A stretch of DNA of 64,000 nucleotides from a virus. Lineage: Duplodnaviria > Caudoviricetes. Shown here in pieces: positions 28,150-37,902 of this stretch. The stretch lies in IMG/VR virus record IMGVR_UViG_3300017722_005389. One strand, 5' to 3'. Each line of letters opens with the position of its first letter. The stretch's first letter is position 1. The notes beneath the pieces were generated by a model that had not been told where the DNA came from, made no database searches, and saw only the letters and a program-made list of their open reading frames with translations. A program made the translations under genes and the position numbers.

Positions 28150-28530
28150 AGCTACCTACTATATACGACATATACGCAAGTATGTACAATATACGTTATA
28201 TACGAAAATTTGCCCATACCATATACAAGATATACAACAACACCTACCATATACGTCATATACGCAGTACCTACTATATACGTTATATACGTAAGTACCT
28301 ACTATATACGTCATATACGCAGTACCTACCATATACGTTATATACGACAGTACCTACTATATACGTTATATACGAAGCCCCTACCATATACGTTATATAC
28401 GCAGTACCTACCATATATAACATATACGAAAGTATAGCCCTACCATATACGAAAATATACCCCTACCATATACGAAAATACCCCTCCCCTCCATATACGA
28501 CATCTCCCCCTACCCATATACGAAACCCCC
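28150..28530. repeat. degenerate 27-28-bp TATACG-rich tandem repeats
   Basis: GCAGTACCTACYATATACGTTATATAC-type units ending in C-rich tracts. Confidence 0.85.
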
Positions 28531-28607
28531 CTCCTGACCTGTATACGAAATCTGGTCATGGATCAGCCGACCTGCTAAAAAAATTTTTTTCAAAATTTTC
28601 AAATTCC

Positions 28608-28764
28608 CCAAAGAAAGCAATCTTATCTTCCAAAGAAAGCAATCTTATCTTCCAAAGAAAGCAATCCTATCTTCCAAAGAAATTAAAATGTTTCCAAAGA
28701 AAGCAAAATGTTTCCAAAGAAAGTAAAATGTTTCCAAAGAAAGTAAAATGTTTCCAAAGAAATT
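28608..28764. repeat. 8 x 20-22-bp CCAAAGAAA repeats
   Basis: CCAAAGAAAGCAATCTTATCTT / CCAAAGAAAGTAAAATGTTT units. Confidence 0.85.
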
Positions 28765-28812
28765 AATCATATTGTCGCAAAAATGTACAATATTTGCGAC
28801 AGATAAAAACCT

Positions 28813-28893
28813 GAAATATCGTTGGAATGGGCGATAAATGAAAATATCGTTGCGATGGGTGATATATGAAAATATCGTTGCGATGGGTGATAT
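28813..28893. repeat. 28-bp direct repeats
   Basis: ATGAAAATATCGTTGCGATGGGTGATAT x2 plus one degenerate copy; preceded by IR TGTCGCAAA/TTTGCGACA (28773-28801). Confidence 0.8.
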
Positions 28894-28975
28894 ATGTTTA
28901 TTTCAAAAATGGGTCAGTGTCAAAAATTTTTTTTTGGTGAAATTTTGGTTTTTGGGGTATATTTATGATAAAATA

Positions 28976-29860
28976 ATGGATAATAGAAAATTATTAGATG
29001 AATCGAGAATAAATCAGAGGATGTTTCATTTGATGGAAAGTGGTTTCTTTGGAAAAAAACTTCTTAAGGAGGATGAGAGTCCTTATGATGATAATGATTT
29101 AGATAGCATGTCAAACTTAATATTAAGTTGGGATAAGGTTAACATTGATATTGTTTTCACTATGCTTGAGGCTTATCCATTAGTTTTAGAAGAGTTTTTT
29201 AAACGTAGTGAATTTGAGGAACTAGAGCCATTTTTAAGGGAAAATCATTTAAGTTTTACTAAAGAAGATTTATATGAGTTTTCGGATGTCTATCATGTAA
29301 ATATGTTTAACAATAAAGAAATCACTGAGATACCTAAAAGTCTATTAAATTTACCAGAATTAGGTATAATAACTATTGCAAAATGTGGGCTAAAGAGTAT
29401 ACCTGTTGAGATTGGTAAATGTAAAATAAGAGAATTAGATTTGCGTGGAAATGATATTACTGATATACCTGATTCTCTTACAGATATAACTACATTAGAC
29501 TATTTGGATTTGAGTCATAATAAAATTAGTTATTTGCCAGAATCGATTGGTAATTTGGTAGGATTGTTATATTTGGATGTGAGTAATAATAATCTTCACG
29601 ATTTGCCTGACAGCATTGTTAAATTAGATAAATTAGAACATTTTGATGTAGAAAATAATTACAGAATAAATTTGCCACGTGAGTATTGGGCGATATTCAA
29701 TCAGACTATGGAGGATATATTTAGCGATGGGATGAGTTATCAAGAGTTGTTTCATAAGTTTAAGAATAGTGCTATTATGAGGTTTGATTCATTGAGGGAT
29801 GGTGACAAGCGTAAGATATTGGAGGCGTTGTATGAGTATTGGAATTTGTATAAAAAATAA
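28976..29860 (+). CDS. leucine-rich repeat protein
   Basis: About five 23-aa LRRs (LDLRGNDITDIPDSL, LDLSHNKISYLPESIGNL, LDVSNNNLHDLPDSI); start moved to MDNRKLLDE. Confidence 0.85.
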   Translation: MDNRKLLDESRINQRMFHLMESGFFGKKLLKEDESPYDDNDLDSMSNLILSWDKVNIDIVFTMLEAYPLVLEEFFKRSEFEELEPFLRENHLSFTKEDLYEFSDVYHVNMFNNKEITEIPKSLLNLPELGIITIAKCGLKSIPVEIGKCKIRELDLRGNDITDIPDSLTDITTLDYLDLSHNKISYLPESIGNLVGLLYLDVSNNNLHDLPDSIVKLDKLEHFDVENNYRINLPREYWAIFNQTMEDIFSDGMSYQELFHKFKNSAIMRFDSLRDGDKRKILEALYEYWNLYKK

Positions 29861-29872
29861 GTAAAATAATAT

Positions 29873-30631
29873 ATGAGAATAATTATTACGGAAGAGCAAT
29901 ATGGTTTTATAACTTCATATAAAAATATTACTGAAAATACTTTATTAAAAAATGTTGTTAGGAGATATGAATCTTTAATAAAGAAAAAGGGTGTTGGTAT
30001 TTTAGGTAAATTGGAGGAATCTGATTTAGAAAATCCAAATAAATATGAAGACGAAATAAATACAATTATTGAATTATATTATGATTTAGAAGATGCTTAT
30101 AACTATGATGATGATTTTGATTATAAACAAGGTCAATCTGAGTTATTTTCTAAATTAAAAGATAACATTGTATATAAGATGTGGTTTAATTATAAAAATG
30201 CTATGGAGCGTAACAGACCTGATTCTGCGTTATCGTTAGATAGGTTTGCGAATTATTTAAATTCAGGTACGTTATTATTATTTGAAAATAATGAAAGTTA
30301 CATTATTGGTAAATATTCAAATGGATTTTTTAAACCATCACATTTTGCACCTAAGAGTATAAGAGAGGGTATTGAGATAATAAAGGAATTAATTAAGTAT
30401 GACAATATAGTTTTTACTGTAACAGATGATTTAAAAGATATGTTAGATAAATTGGGGGCATATTCAAATGATAATCTTGTTATTTCGATGATATTTAGGG
30501 ATATGCTTGTTAAAAAGCATGTGGTTCTAACGAATCCTTATATAATGGCACAGGTATTAAATGGATTGATGAATAATGAGTATAAAGACATATCAGATTT
30601 TGAAAATATAACTTATGAAGATTTAAAATAA
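29873..30631 (+). CDS. hypothetical (putative virion) protein
   Basis: MRIIITEEQY leader. Confidence 0.75.
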   Translation: MRIIITEEQYGFITSYKNITENTLLKNVVRRYESLIKKKGVGILGKLEESDLENPNKYEDEINTIIELYYDLEDAYNYDDDFDYKQGQSELFSKLKDNIVYKMWFNYKNAMERNRPDSALSLDRFANYLNSGTLLLFENNESYIIGKYSNGFFKPSHFAPKSIREGIEIIKELIKYDNIVFTVTDDLKDMLDKLGAYSNDNLVISMIFRDMLVKKHVVLTNPYIMAQVLNGLMNNEYKDISDFENITYEDLK

Positions 30632-30639
30632 ATTAATAT

Positions 30640-31425
30640 ATGAGTAAGATAATAATAACGGAGGGTCAGTTAAGTTTTCTTTTTGAGGGTGTCAATGAGC
30701 AGGGGGAGCTTCGCAGGTTGGTTGAGGAGGTTATAGATAAATTTTCAAAAGAAAACTTATCTGTTGTCAAGAGGGTTAAGAGGCAGATAGATTCGGGTCT
30801 TCATTTTGATGGTTATTTTAACAGTGACTATATCAGTTTGGTTGAAATTACAAATGGGGGGTTATATGATTTGTTGGGAGATTTCATCAAGAATTCTTCG
30901 GTTAATATAGTTTTTTATGAAGATCAAAACAAGCGTAGGAAGGGGTATTATGATGGTAATGTTAAAATAAAATATAATAAAGATTTTGAGGATAGTTTGG
31001 TATATCAGGTTGGGTTTTACGAGAAGGCTGATGATATTAGTTCATCGGAAGCTGAACAGATTCTTAAGAAGGCTATGGGAATTTCCTTTAGGAGTACATT
31101 GATTCATGAGTTGCAGCATGCTTATGATGCTTATAGGAGTGGTGGGAAGTATAGATCAGACAGGAGGAGTGTTGCTTATTATAACAAAAGGGGTGAAAAG
31201 GATATGAGTGATGAGGAGTATCAAGTATATTTAAGATTACCACATGAGTATTGGGCAAGGTTCAGTGAGACGATGGCGGATATATTTAGAAATAGGATGA
31301 GTTTTGAGGATTTGCTTGATAAGTTTAAGAAGAGTGCTATTATGAGGTTTGATTCATTGAGGGATGGTGACAAGCGTAGGATATTGAAGGCGTTGTATGG
31401 GTATTGGGATTTGCATAAAAAATAA
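30640..31425 (+). CDS. HExxH zincin-like protein
   Basis: TLIHELQHAYD ... LPHEYWAR; MSKIIITEGQL leader. Confidence 0.7.
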   Translation: MSKIIITEGQLSFLFEGVNEQGELRRLVEEVIDKFSKENLSVVKRVKRQIDSGLHFDGYFNSDYISLVEITNGGLYDLLGDFIKNSSVNIVFYEDQNKRRKGYYDGNVKIKYNKDFEDSLVYQVGFYEKADDISSSEAEQILKKAMGISFRSTLIHELQHAYDAYRSGGKYRSDRRSVAYYNKRGEKDMSDEEYQVYLRLPHEYWARFSETMADIFRNRMSFEDLLDKFKKSAIMRFDSLRDGDKRRILKALYGYWDLHKK

Positions 31426-31437
31426 GTAAAATAATAT

Positions 31438-32784
31438 ATGAGAACAATAAATGAGGCATTAGGGGTTCCAGATAACATTTTAAAGTTAGGTGAGCAGTTG
31501 TATAATGAGATATTGGATATTATCAAGAATGAGAAAAACTTTGATAATATTATGAAACGTGTGTATACTGTCAGGGGTGGTATTATAGGAGATGTAAACT
31601 TTAAGAGTATTGACATATCATTTAATATAGATATTGAATCGAATCCAGGTTATTTTGATGATAATGAGATGTTTTCGTATCGTGGCATGTCATATAAACC
31701 TAATGATTATAAAATTGAATCTTCTAAAGATGAAAAAGAATATTTTAAAAAATATGAGCAGAATGATATAAGTATTGATATTATATTAAATTTCAAATTA
31801 GATGAGACTTTTGTTGAAGGTTTTAAAAAGTATCTTCCATCTAAATTATATGAGTTTATATCGAGTGATAAATCTGAATTTGTTACAGACTTGACACATG
31901 AATTGATGCATGGATATGATTTTTACAAGGCTAATGTAAAAAATATAAAAAGTAAAATGGATTACGATTCAGCCAGAGAATCTATATCAATGGTTAATAG
32001 CATCAGACCTTTGGATGAATTATTTTTTATGATGTATTATTTTCACAGTATTGAAAATTCTGTCAGGACATCTGAGTTGGCTGCAGAAATAAAACAAAGT
32101 GGTATAAAGCAGGATGAGTTTTTGAAAAAATTTAAAGAGACAACTGTTTACAAGTATATTCAAAGGGTTAAAAGTATTTCTTTTGAAAGTATTATGAAAC
32201 GTTTGAGTACTGATTCTTACATGCAAATATTTTTTAATACTTTAAAGGCTAATGGGATGTCTGATGATAAATTGGTGAGAATGTCTGATGCAGCAATTGT
32301 AGATGCATTCATGAATTGGTTTTATGATATTATAAAGAAGAATAAATCTAGTAGTATGAAAGATTACCTTTTAGGTGATGAGCAAAAACTTTCAGACAAG
32401 CAGCAGAAATATTTTGATGATTACATAAGAAATCTTAACAAGCATAAGGATTACAAAGATTTCTTCAAAAGTGAGATAGGCATTCTCAAGAAAAATGCGG
32501 ATAATCTTCTTAGGAAGATTTCTGGTGTTTACGCATATATACCATTGATGAATTCGGAGCGAGTTGATTTGGATGATCAGGTTCGAATGTTGGCAAAGAT
32601 GGTTAACAAGGGGGACAGGGGAAGTATTGAGATTGCTTCGCAGATTGCTGATGGCATAGGTATTGATTTTAACAAGTATGTCATAGGAAGGTATTTCAAG
32701 AGTTCTTTAGCAGTCAACAAACTTTCTTTGGATGTATCGGGTCTTATCCAGTATTTTAAGAAAAGAAGAAATAATAATATATGA
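31438..32784 (+). CDS. HExxH-containing protein
   Basis: DLTHELMHGYD ... ENSVR. Confidence 0.7.
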   Translation: MRTINEALGVPDNILKLGEQLYNEILDIIKNEKNFDNIMKRVYTVRGGIIGDVNFKSIDISFNIDIESNPGYFDDNEMFSYRGMSYKPNDYKIESSKDEKEYFKKYEQNDISIDIILNFKLDETFVEGFKKYLPSKLYEFISSDKSEFVTDLTHELMHGYDFYKANVKNIKSKMDYDSARESISMVNSIRPLDELFFMMYYFHSIENSVRTSELAAEIKQSGIKQDEFLKKFKETTVYKYIQRVKSISFESIMKRLSTDSYMQIFFNTLKANGMSDDKLVRMSDAAIVDAFMNWFYDIIKKNKSSSMKDYLLGDEQKLSDKQQKYFDDYIRNLNKHKDYKDFFKSEIGILKKNADNLLRKISGVYAYIPLMNSERVDLDDQVRMLAKMVNKGDRGSIEIASQIADGIGIDFNKYVIGRYFKSSLAVNKLSLDVSGLIQYFKKRRNNNI

Positions 32785-33302
32785 GAACAATAATAATAAC
32801 GGAGGGTCAGTTTAGGTTTCTTAAGGAGGTTGAGAATATTTCAGATGGGAAATATGAGGCTATATTTGTAGCAGGGTTTGAGACAGGATATGGAACTGAT
32901 AAGCAGTTACAATATTTTAAAAATGGGTTTGGTGTGAACAGGAATGTTGCTGTTTTCAAGTTTGACATGACACCTTTCAATCAAAAGCAGAGTATTTCGG
33001 ATGTTTTGGCTTCAAATCCAAAGATACCTGTATTTTTATTTAGTGCTGGTGCTCAGAATGCGGAATTTTTATCTTCAAATGGAAATATAGATCGTAACAA
33101 GTTGTATATTATACAGCCTAATGGTACGAGGGATGCTGTTAAGAAAAGTGTTGATGCAGCTGTGAATAATAACGTGCCAGCTAAAAATGTTTTTGTTGGG
33201 TCTGCGCCTAATGTTGGGAAGGACATTGTTCAAGGGGCAACACCGACTGTATCAAAAGATCATTTTCAATCTTTGACAGAAGTTGCATCTAAATTTGCTT
33301 AA
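32781..33302 (+). CDS. alpha/beta-type domain protein, paralog of the C-terminal half of 33327-34220
   Basis: YEAIFVAG...QLQYFKNGFG...NPKIPVFL.S.GA. Confidence 0.75.
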   Translation: MRTIIITEGQFRFLKEVENISDGKYEAIFVAGFETGYGTDKQLQYFKNGFGVNRNVAVFKFDMTPFNQKQSISDVLASNPKIPVFLFSAGAQNAEFLSSNGNIDRNKLYIIQPNGTRDAVKKSVDAAVNNNVPAKNVFVGSAPNVGKDIVQGATPTVSKDHFQSLTEVASKFA

Positions 33303-33309
33303 GATAAGA

Positions 33310-33317
33310 TATTTATA
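33310..33317 (+). promoter_or_regulatory. TATTTATA putative late promoter motif
   Basis: Recurs 9-20 nt before starts: 34271, 38260, 40082 (+); 3615, 38236, 45603, 51143, 62731 (-). Confidence 0.55.
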
Positions 33318-33326
33318 AATAAAAAG

Positions 33327-34220
33327 ATGATAAACGAATCAAAATTAAACTCAAAGATGTTTCATTTGATGGAAAGTGGTTTCTTTGGGAAGCAAGTTTT
33401 GAATGAGGCTGAAGAGATAAAGCAGGGTGCTTATGGGGATCCGTATCAATATAAGAGGGTTGAAACTCCTGATGGCATCAAATATATGTATGCTAAAAAG
33501 GGGAATGACAATTGGGTTGAACAAATTTACAAAGTTGGAATTGATAGTATCAAAAAATTGATATTTCCAAAGGATTTGGAAGGTTCTTCAGAAAAAACAA
33601 GTGCTTCTTCAGAAAAAACAAGTGCTTCTTCAGAAAAAACAAGTGCTTCTTCAGAAAAAAAAGATGCTTCTTCAGAAAAAAAGAGTGCTTCTCCAGAAAC
33701 AAAGGCTTCTTCAGAAAAATCTTCTTTTGCAAGCAAATTTATGAGCAGTGGAACTTACGATGCCATATTTGTAGCAGGTGACAAAACACGTATTCCCATT
33801 CCAAGTCAATTACAATATTTTAAGAATGGGTTTGGCAAGGATAGGAATGTTGCAGCATTTGATTCTAATGCAGGTTGTGTTCCATTTGGACACAAACAGA
33901 CAATTGAGCAAGTGTTGGCTGAAAATCCTAAGATACCTGTATTTTTGTATAGTTTAGGTGCAATATATGTAGACAGGGTTGCTTCAAATGGTAATGCGGA
34001 TGTTCGAAAGATATTTGTAATTGAGCCTTATTATGGAAGGGGGCAACATGTTAAAGATAATATAGATGTAGCTATTGGTATGGGTGTCAAGCCTAGCCAA
34101 ATTTATGTTGGAGGATATGCTGATGTAGGATTAGGTGTTGTTAAAGGTGCTACACCTACTAAATCTAATAATCACTCTTTAGCTGTAACAGAAGTTGCTG
34201 AAATACATAAGAATGCGTAA
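33327..34220 (+). CDS. modular putative virion protein (GDPYQYK module + SSEK linker + alpha/beta domain)
   Basis: Modules shared with both neighbours; 21-nt tandem repeat linker. Confidence 0.8.
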   Translation: MINESKLNSKMFHLMESGFFGKQVLNEAEEIKQGAYGDPYQYKRVETPDGIKYMYAKKGNDNWVEQIYKVGIDSIKKLIFPKDLEGSSEKTSASSEKTSASSEKTSASSEKKDASSEKKSASPETKASSEKSSFASKFMSSGTYDAIFVAGDKTRIPIPSQLQYFKNGFGKDRNVAAFDSNAGCVPFGHKQTIEQVLAENPKIPVFLYSLGAIYVDRVASNGNADVRKIFVIEPYYGRGQHVKDNIDVAIGMGVKPSQIYVGGYADVGLGVVKGATPTKSNNHSLAVTEVAEIHKNA

Positions 34221-34288
34221 TTAAAGCATAAGAATGCGTAATTAAAGCATGAAAATACATAAATTAAAGATATTTATAAATAAAAAAA

Positions 34289-35299
34289 ATGATAAACGAA
34301 TCAAAATTAAACAACAAGATGCTCCATTTGATGGAAAGCGGTTTCTTTGGGAAGGGACTTTTAAAGGAACAAGAAGAAGTGAAACAAGGAGGTCAGGGAG
34401 ATCCATACCAGTATAAAAAAGTTAAGAATACTGATGGAACTGTGAAATATTTTTATGCTAAAAAGGGTAATACTAATTGGGTTGAACAAAAATATAAAGA
34501 AGGTATTGATAGTATTAAAAAATATTATTTTCCAGATGAAGGAAATACTTCTACGGAAACAAAACCTGAAACAAAACCTGAAACAAAACCTGAAACAAAA
34601 CCTGAAACAAAACCTGAAACAAATGGGCAAGAAGTGATTAAACAAGGAGGTCAGGGTGATCCCTACCAATATAAAAGAGTTCAAAATACAGATGGTAGTG
34701 TAAAATATTTTTATGCTAAAAAGGGTGATACTAATTGGACTGAACAAAAAGATCCAACAGGTATTAGTGATATTCAAAAATATTATTTTACAGATGATTT
34801 TAAAGGTTCTACTGGAGCAAAAACTGATGCAGGTGTAAAAGATAATACAGGTGTAAAAGATAATACAGGTGTAAAAGATAATACTGCTAATACAAATGCT
34901 GAAATGGACAGTAAAGAATTGGCTAGAAGGCAAAAGAGTTTTTATGCTGGGTTATCTAAAATTAGTTTGGCAGCAAATAATTTCACTTATAAAAAGGGTA
35001 ATTTTGAGATAAATGATATTACAACAAGCACCCCTAGTATACGTTTTAGGGATTATAATGGTAAATATATGGATGAGACTAAAATAGAGATAGATCCTGA
35101 GTTTATAAAAATAGCAAAAGCTAAAGGGTTTAGTGAAAGAGGATGTTGGGTATATAGGGCAATTGAAGATGTAGAGGGTGAATATAAATATGCCAAAAAA
35201 GGATTATATCTTTTCAAATGTGGATCTGGCTCTTATCCATATAGATATAACATGTCAATAGATGAGTTGAAAAAAATATCATATGTATATTCAAAATAA
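34289..35299 (+). CDS. modular putative virion protein (2 x GDPYQYK module, ETKP and GVKDNT repeats)
   Basis: Same MINESKLN..M.HLMESGFFGK leader as 33327. Confidence 0.8.
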   Translation: MINESKLNNKMLHLMESGFFGKGLLKEQEEVKQGGQGDPYQYKKVKNTDGTVKYFYAKKGNTNWVEQKYKEGIDSIKKYYFPDEGNTSTETKPETKPETKPETKPETKPETNGQEVIKQGGQGDPYQYKRVQNTDGSVKYFYAKKGDTNWTEQKDPTGISDIQKYYFTDDFKGSTGAKTDAGVKDNTGVKDNTGVKDNTANTNAEMDSKELARRQKSFYAGLSKISLAANNFTYKKGNFEINDITTSTPSIRFRDYNGKYMDETKIEIDPEFIKIAKAKGFSERGCWVYRAIEDVEGEYKYAKKGLYLFKCGSGSYPYRYNMSIDELKKISYVYSK

Positions 35300-35406
35300 A
35301 ATATATAAAATAAATAAAAAAAAAATCTTCAGAAAGCAATAAATTTTCCGAAGATTTTTTTTTATCTTTGTAGAATTGTTTAACTTTTAAAAAAAAAAAT
35401 ATAATT

Positions 35407-35619
35407 ATGGAAGATGAATTTTCTTTACGTTTATTTATTGGATTATTTGCTGCAGATGTTGATATTTTTTTGCTTCAGAATAAAGAGCAAACTGCTGATA
35501 ATGACAAAGAGTTTTTCACCAGAGATGAGATAAGATCTCAATTGAAAGCTACGGTTTCAAAATTTGCGAACGTGATGCAGCATTTAGGATATAATCTTGA
35601 TAAACCATTACTCAAATGA
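35407..35619 (+). CDS. hypothetical protein
   Basis: 70 aa; TATCTTTG -7 box upstream. Confidence 0.65.
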   Translation: MEDEFSLRLFIGLFAADVDIFLLQNKEQTADNDKEFFTRDEIRSQLKATVSKFANVMQHLGYNLDKPLLK

Positions 35620-36461
35620 AATATTATTTATTTTTACTATTATTATTTTACAATTGCACGTTTGTAGCTTCTTCGGAACCACAGATTTCATCAGAATTTG
35701 AAAAAATTTCTGAAGAACCCAACAATGGTATTCAGTTGAGGGTTTTATCTTGGAACATCCAGAATTTTGGAGAAAGCAAGATGAAGAATGACAGCATAAT
35801 GCATTATATAGCGGAGGTTATAAATTCTTATGATATTGTTGTGATTCAGGAGATATCAACGAGTATTTATGGGGCTAAAGCTGTTGCAAAGTTGGATGGC
35901 ATATTGGACAGGATGGGAAGTAATTGGGATTATGCTATTTCGGATCCAACTGAAGGTGTTGGAACTGAGCGGTATGCTTATATTTTCAAGCCAAGCAGAA
36001 TTCAATTGAAAAAGGCATTTCTTGAGAAGGTTTTTGAAACTTCTATAGAGAGGGAGCCTTATTTGGGAATTTTTGAATTCAAGGGAAGTTTATATAACTT
36101 CTATAACATCCATTTGGTTCCAGAGGGCAAAAATCCTGAGAAGGAGGTAAGTGTCTTATGTATGTTAAGTGGTTTTAAGGGAAAGTATATTGTTCTTGGG
36201 GATTTCAATCTTTCTGAAAAGCATCGTTCATTTGATTGTCTTAAGAAGACTTATAAGGCTTCATTTGAGAATGAGAAGACTTCTTTGAAGATGGAGGTTA
36301 AAGATGGTGAATATTTGAACAAGGAGTATGACAATGCTTTTATTTCTTCAGAGGTTACATTGATTTCTAAAGGGGTTGTGCATTTTTACAAGGATTTTAA
36401 TAATATAAAATCTGCGAGAGCTGTTTCAGATCATTGTCCTATATTTATAACTATAAAATAA
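35616..36461 (+). CDS. exported endonuclease/exonuclease/phosphatase (DNase I-like)
   Basis: SWNI, IQE, ERYAYIF, REPY, GDFN, YDN, SDHCPI motifs; hydrophobic N-terminus. Confidence 0.85.
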   Translation: MKYYLFLLLLFYNCTFVASSEPQISSEFEKISEEPNNGIQLRVLSWNIQNFGESKMKNDSIMHYIAEVINSYDIVVIQEISTSIYGAKAVAKLDGILDRMGSNWDYAISDPTEGVGTERYAYIFKPSRIQLKKAFLEKVFETSIEREPYLGIFEFKGSLYNFYNIHLVPEGKNPEKEVSVLCMLSGFKGKYIVLGDFNLSEKHRSFDCLKKTYKASFENEKTSLKMEVKDGEYLNKEYDNAFISSEVTLISKGVVHFYKDFNNIKSARAVSDHCPIFITIK

Positions 36462-36506
36462 TTGAACAAAAATATATGTTTTTGTATGTATAATTGAACA
36501 TTATGA

Positions 36507-36538
36507 AAAATTCCCAGATTGCTCTGGGAATTTTTTTA
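36507..36538. terminator. bidirectional terminator
   Basis: AAAAATTCCCAGA-TTGC-TCTGGGAATTTTT between convergent genes. Confidence 0.75.
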
Positions 36539-37390
36539 TGGTACGATGTTTAGAATATTTCCAACGATGAATAAATCTCCGCTTAAAAGTCCATCTGCTT
36601 GGGCTGCTGCAAGGTCTACATAAGTTTTTAGACCTGATATGTTCAATCTGACAGGTTGAGTTGCATCTGTCGGGTCTGCATAAATATTGAATCCTGCAGT
36701 GTAGGTTTGAGCGATGTTATTAGCATACATGCTTACAATTTTAACACCAGCTGCGTCTTGCATATCAATACCTATTTCAGTTTGAGCTGTAAGGTCATTA
36801 ACTTTTAATGAAGTTTCAGTAGCGGATAAAGATAAAATTGAAGTCTGACCTGATATGTTGTCTTCAAAACTAATTCCTGATGAAACAGTATCTAAACTTA
36901 TACTTGTATTTATACTTCCAACAGAAGTATTAAAAAATATGTTATCATATTCTATTGAAATTTGACTGTTATCTGATGCAAGATCTTCCACACGCATTTC
37001 TATACTGCCCACAGCCATTGCTATATTTAAATAATACGTTCCATCGAAAATTGATTTGATGTATGAAGGGAAAAATGTTGAACCATCTCCTCCGAATGCT
37101 GGCACATTTGAATTAAAAGCAAAATCTTCATAATAAGTTCCAGATACAGGGTCTTTATAATAAACTCCAGGTGCTTCTACAGTAGTTGTAAATGGAAATT
37201 CATAATAATCTGAATCAAAAGTTTTAAATTTTGTTCCATAATTATATCCAAATTCGTCTGTAAACAGTGTCATCATATTCCACATATCTTCTATAGAAAA
37301 TTTGCCATTTATACCATTGGTTTGGGTATAAAGTTCTGTGGTACCTGTTGGTGGTGACAGTGGAAAATTATTTGGTTTTATTCCTGCCAT
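36536..37390 (-). CDS. putative tail/fibre structural protein
   Basis: N-terminal KP..FP.....ELYTQT.G.N.KF module shared with 41855, 42424 and 42969; beta-rich. Confidence 0.55.
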   Translation of the reverse strand: MAGIKPNNFPLSPPTGTTELYTQTNGINGKFSIEDMWNMMTLFTDEFGYNYGTKFKTFDSDYYEFPFTTTVEAPGVYYKDPVSGTYYEDFAFNSNVPAFGGDGSTFFPSYIKSIFDGTYYLNIAMAVGSIEMRVEDLASDNSQISIEYDNIFFNTSVGSINTSISLDTVSSGISFEDNISGQTSILSLSATETSLKVNDLTAQTEIGIDMQDAAGVKIVSMYANNIAQTYTAGFNIYADPTDATQPVRLNISGLKTYVDLAAAQADGLLSGDLFIVGNILNIVP

Positions 37391-37392
37391 AA

Positions 37393-37635
37393 TTAAGAAT
37401 TTATAATATTTATTGCGTTTTCTGCAGAAGCTATTTCTGAGTTCACTTTTTGAGTTAGAAATGCCAATTGTTGTTGTCTTTGTTGTACAACATTATTCAA
37501 AAATTTGATTACATCTTCTTTTTTCATTGTTTTATGAGTGAAAGTGGTTTCACCTATAATTGATTTTTTGGAAGTATCTTTGGTTTCTAAAGTAATGTTA
37601 TCTCCTTGTGTTTCTACAATTTTATATTCTATCAT
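37393..37635 (-). CDS. hypothetical protein
   Basis: 80 aa, C-terminal coiled coil. Confidence 0.6.
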   Translation of the reverse strand: MIEYKIVETQGDNITLETKDTSKKSIIGETTFTHKTMKKEDVIKFLNNVVQQRQQQLAFLTQKVNSEIASAENAINIINS

Positions 37636-37650
37636 AATTTTAATTTTTTG

Positions 37651-37884
37651 TTATTTTGTTTTATTACAAGAATCAATATAGTCTTTTAGTTTCTCAATTT
37701 CTTTTTCTGACATTGTTTTTAATTTTTTTTTGGAGATTCCATGAGCCAATGCATCTTCTGCCCAATCATATTTAAGTTTTGCTTCGTTTTTTCCGAGTGA
37801 GATTGGATCATTATCATCTTCACTTTTTTCCATTTCTTCTTTGATGATTGTTTTTACCAATCTTTTAAAATTTTGCAGGTTCAT
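37651..37884 (-). CDS. hypothetical (putative virion) protein
   Basis: LKRLVKTIIKEE-type leader. Confidence 0.65.
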   Translation of the reverse strand: MNLQNFKRLVKTIIKEEMEKSEDDNDPISLGKNEAKLKYDWAEDALAHGISKKKLKTMSEKEIEKLKDYIDSCNKTK

Positions 37885-37902
37885 AAATAGATTTTTTAAT
37901 AT

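Noticed and set aside
27869-28530. CRISPR array
   Set aside because: Units are contiguous with no unique spacers, and no cas genes are present
27907-28766. Y/T/I-rich ORFs of 176, 281 and 77 aa
   Set aside because: Open frames arise from stop-free TATACG repeats; no leader, low-complexity translation
28838-28975. 46-aa N-terminal extension of the LRR ORF
   Set aside because: Derived from 28-bp repeats; the motif-bearing start is at 28976
33527-34933. Antisense repeat ORFs (FSEEA, FCFR)
   Set aside because: Reverse complements of the linker repeats in real genes
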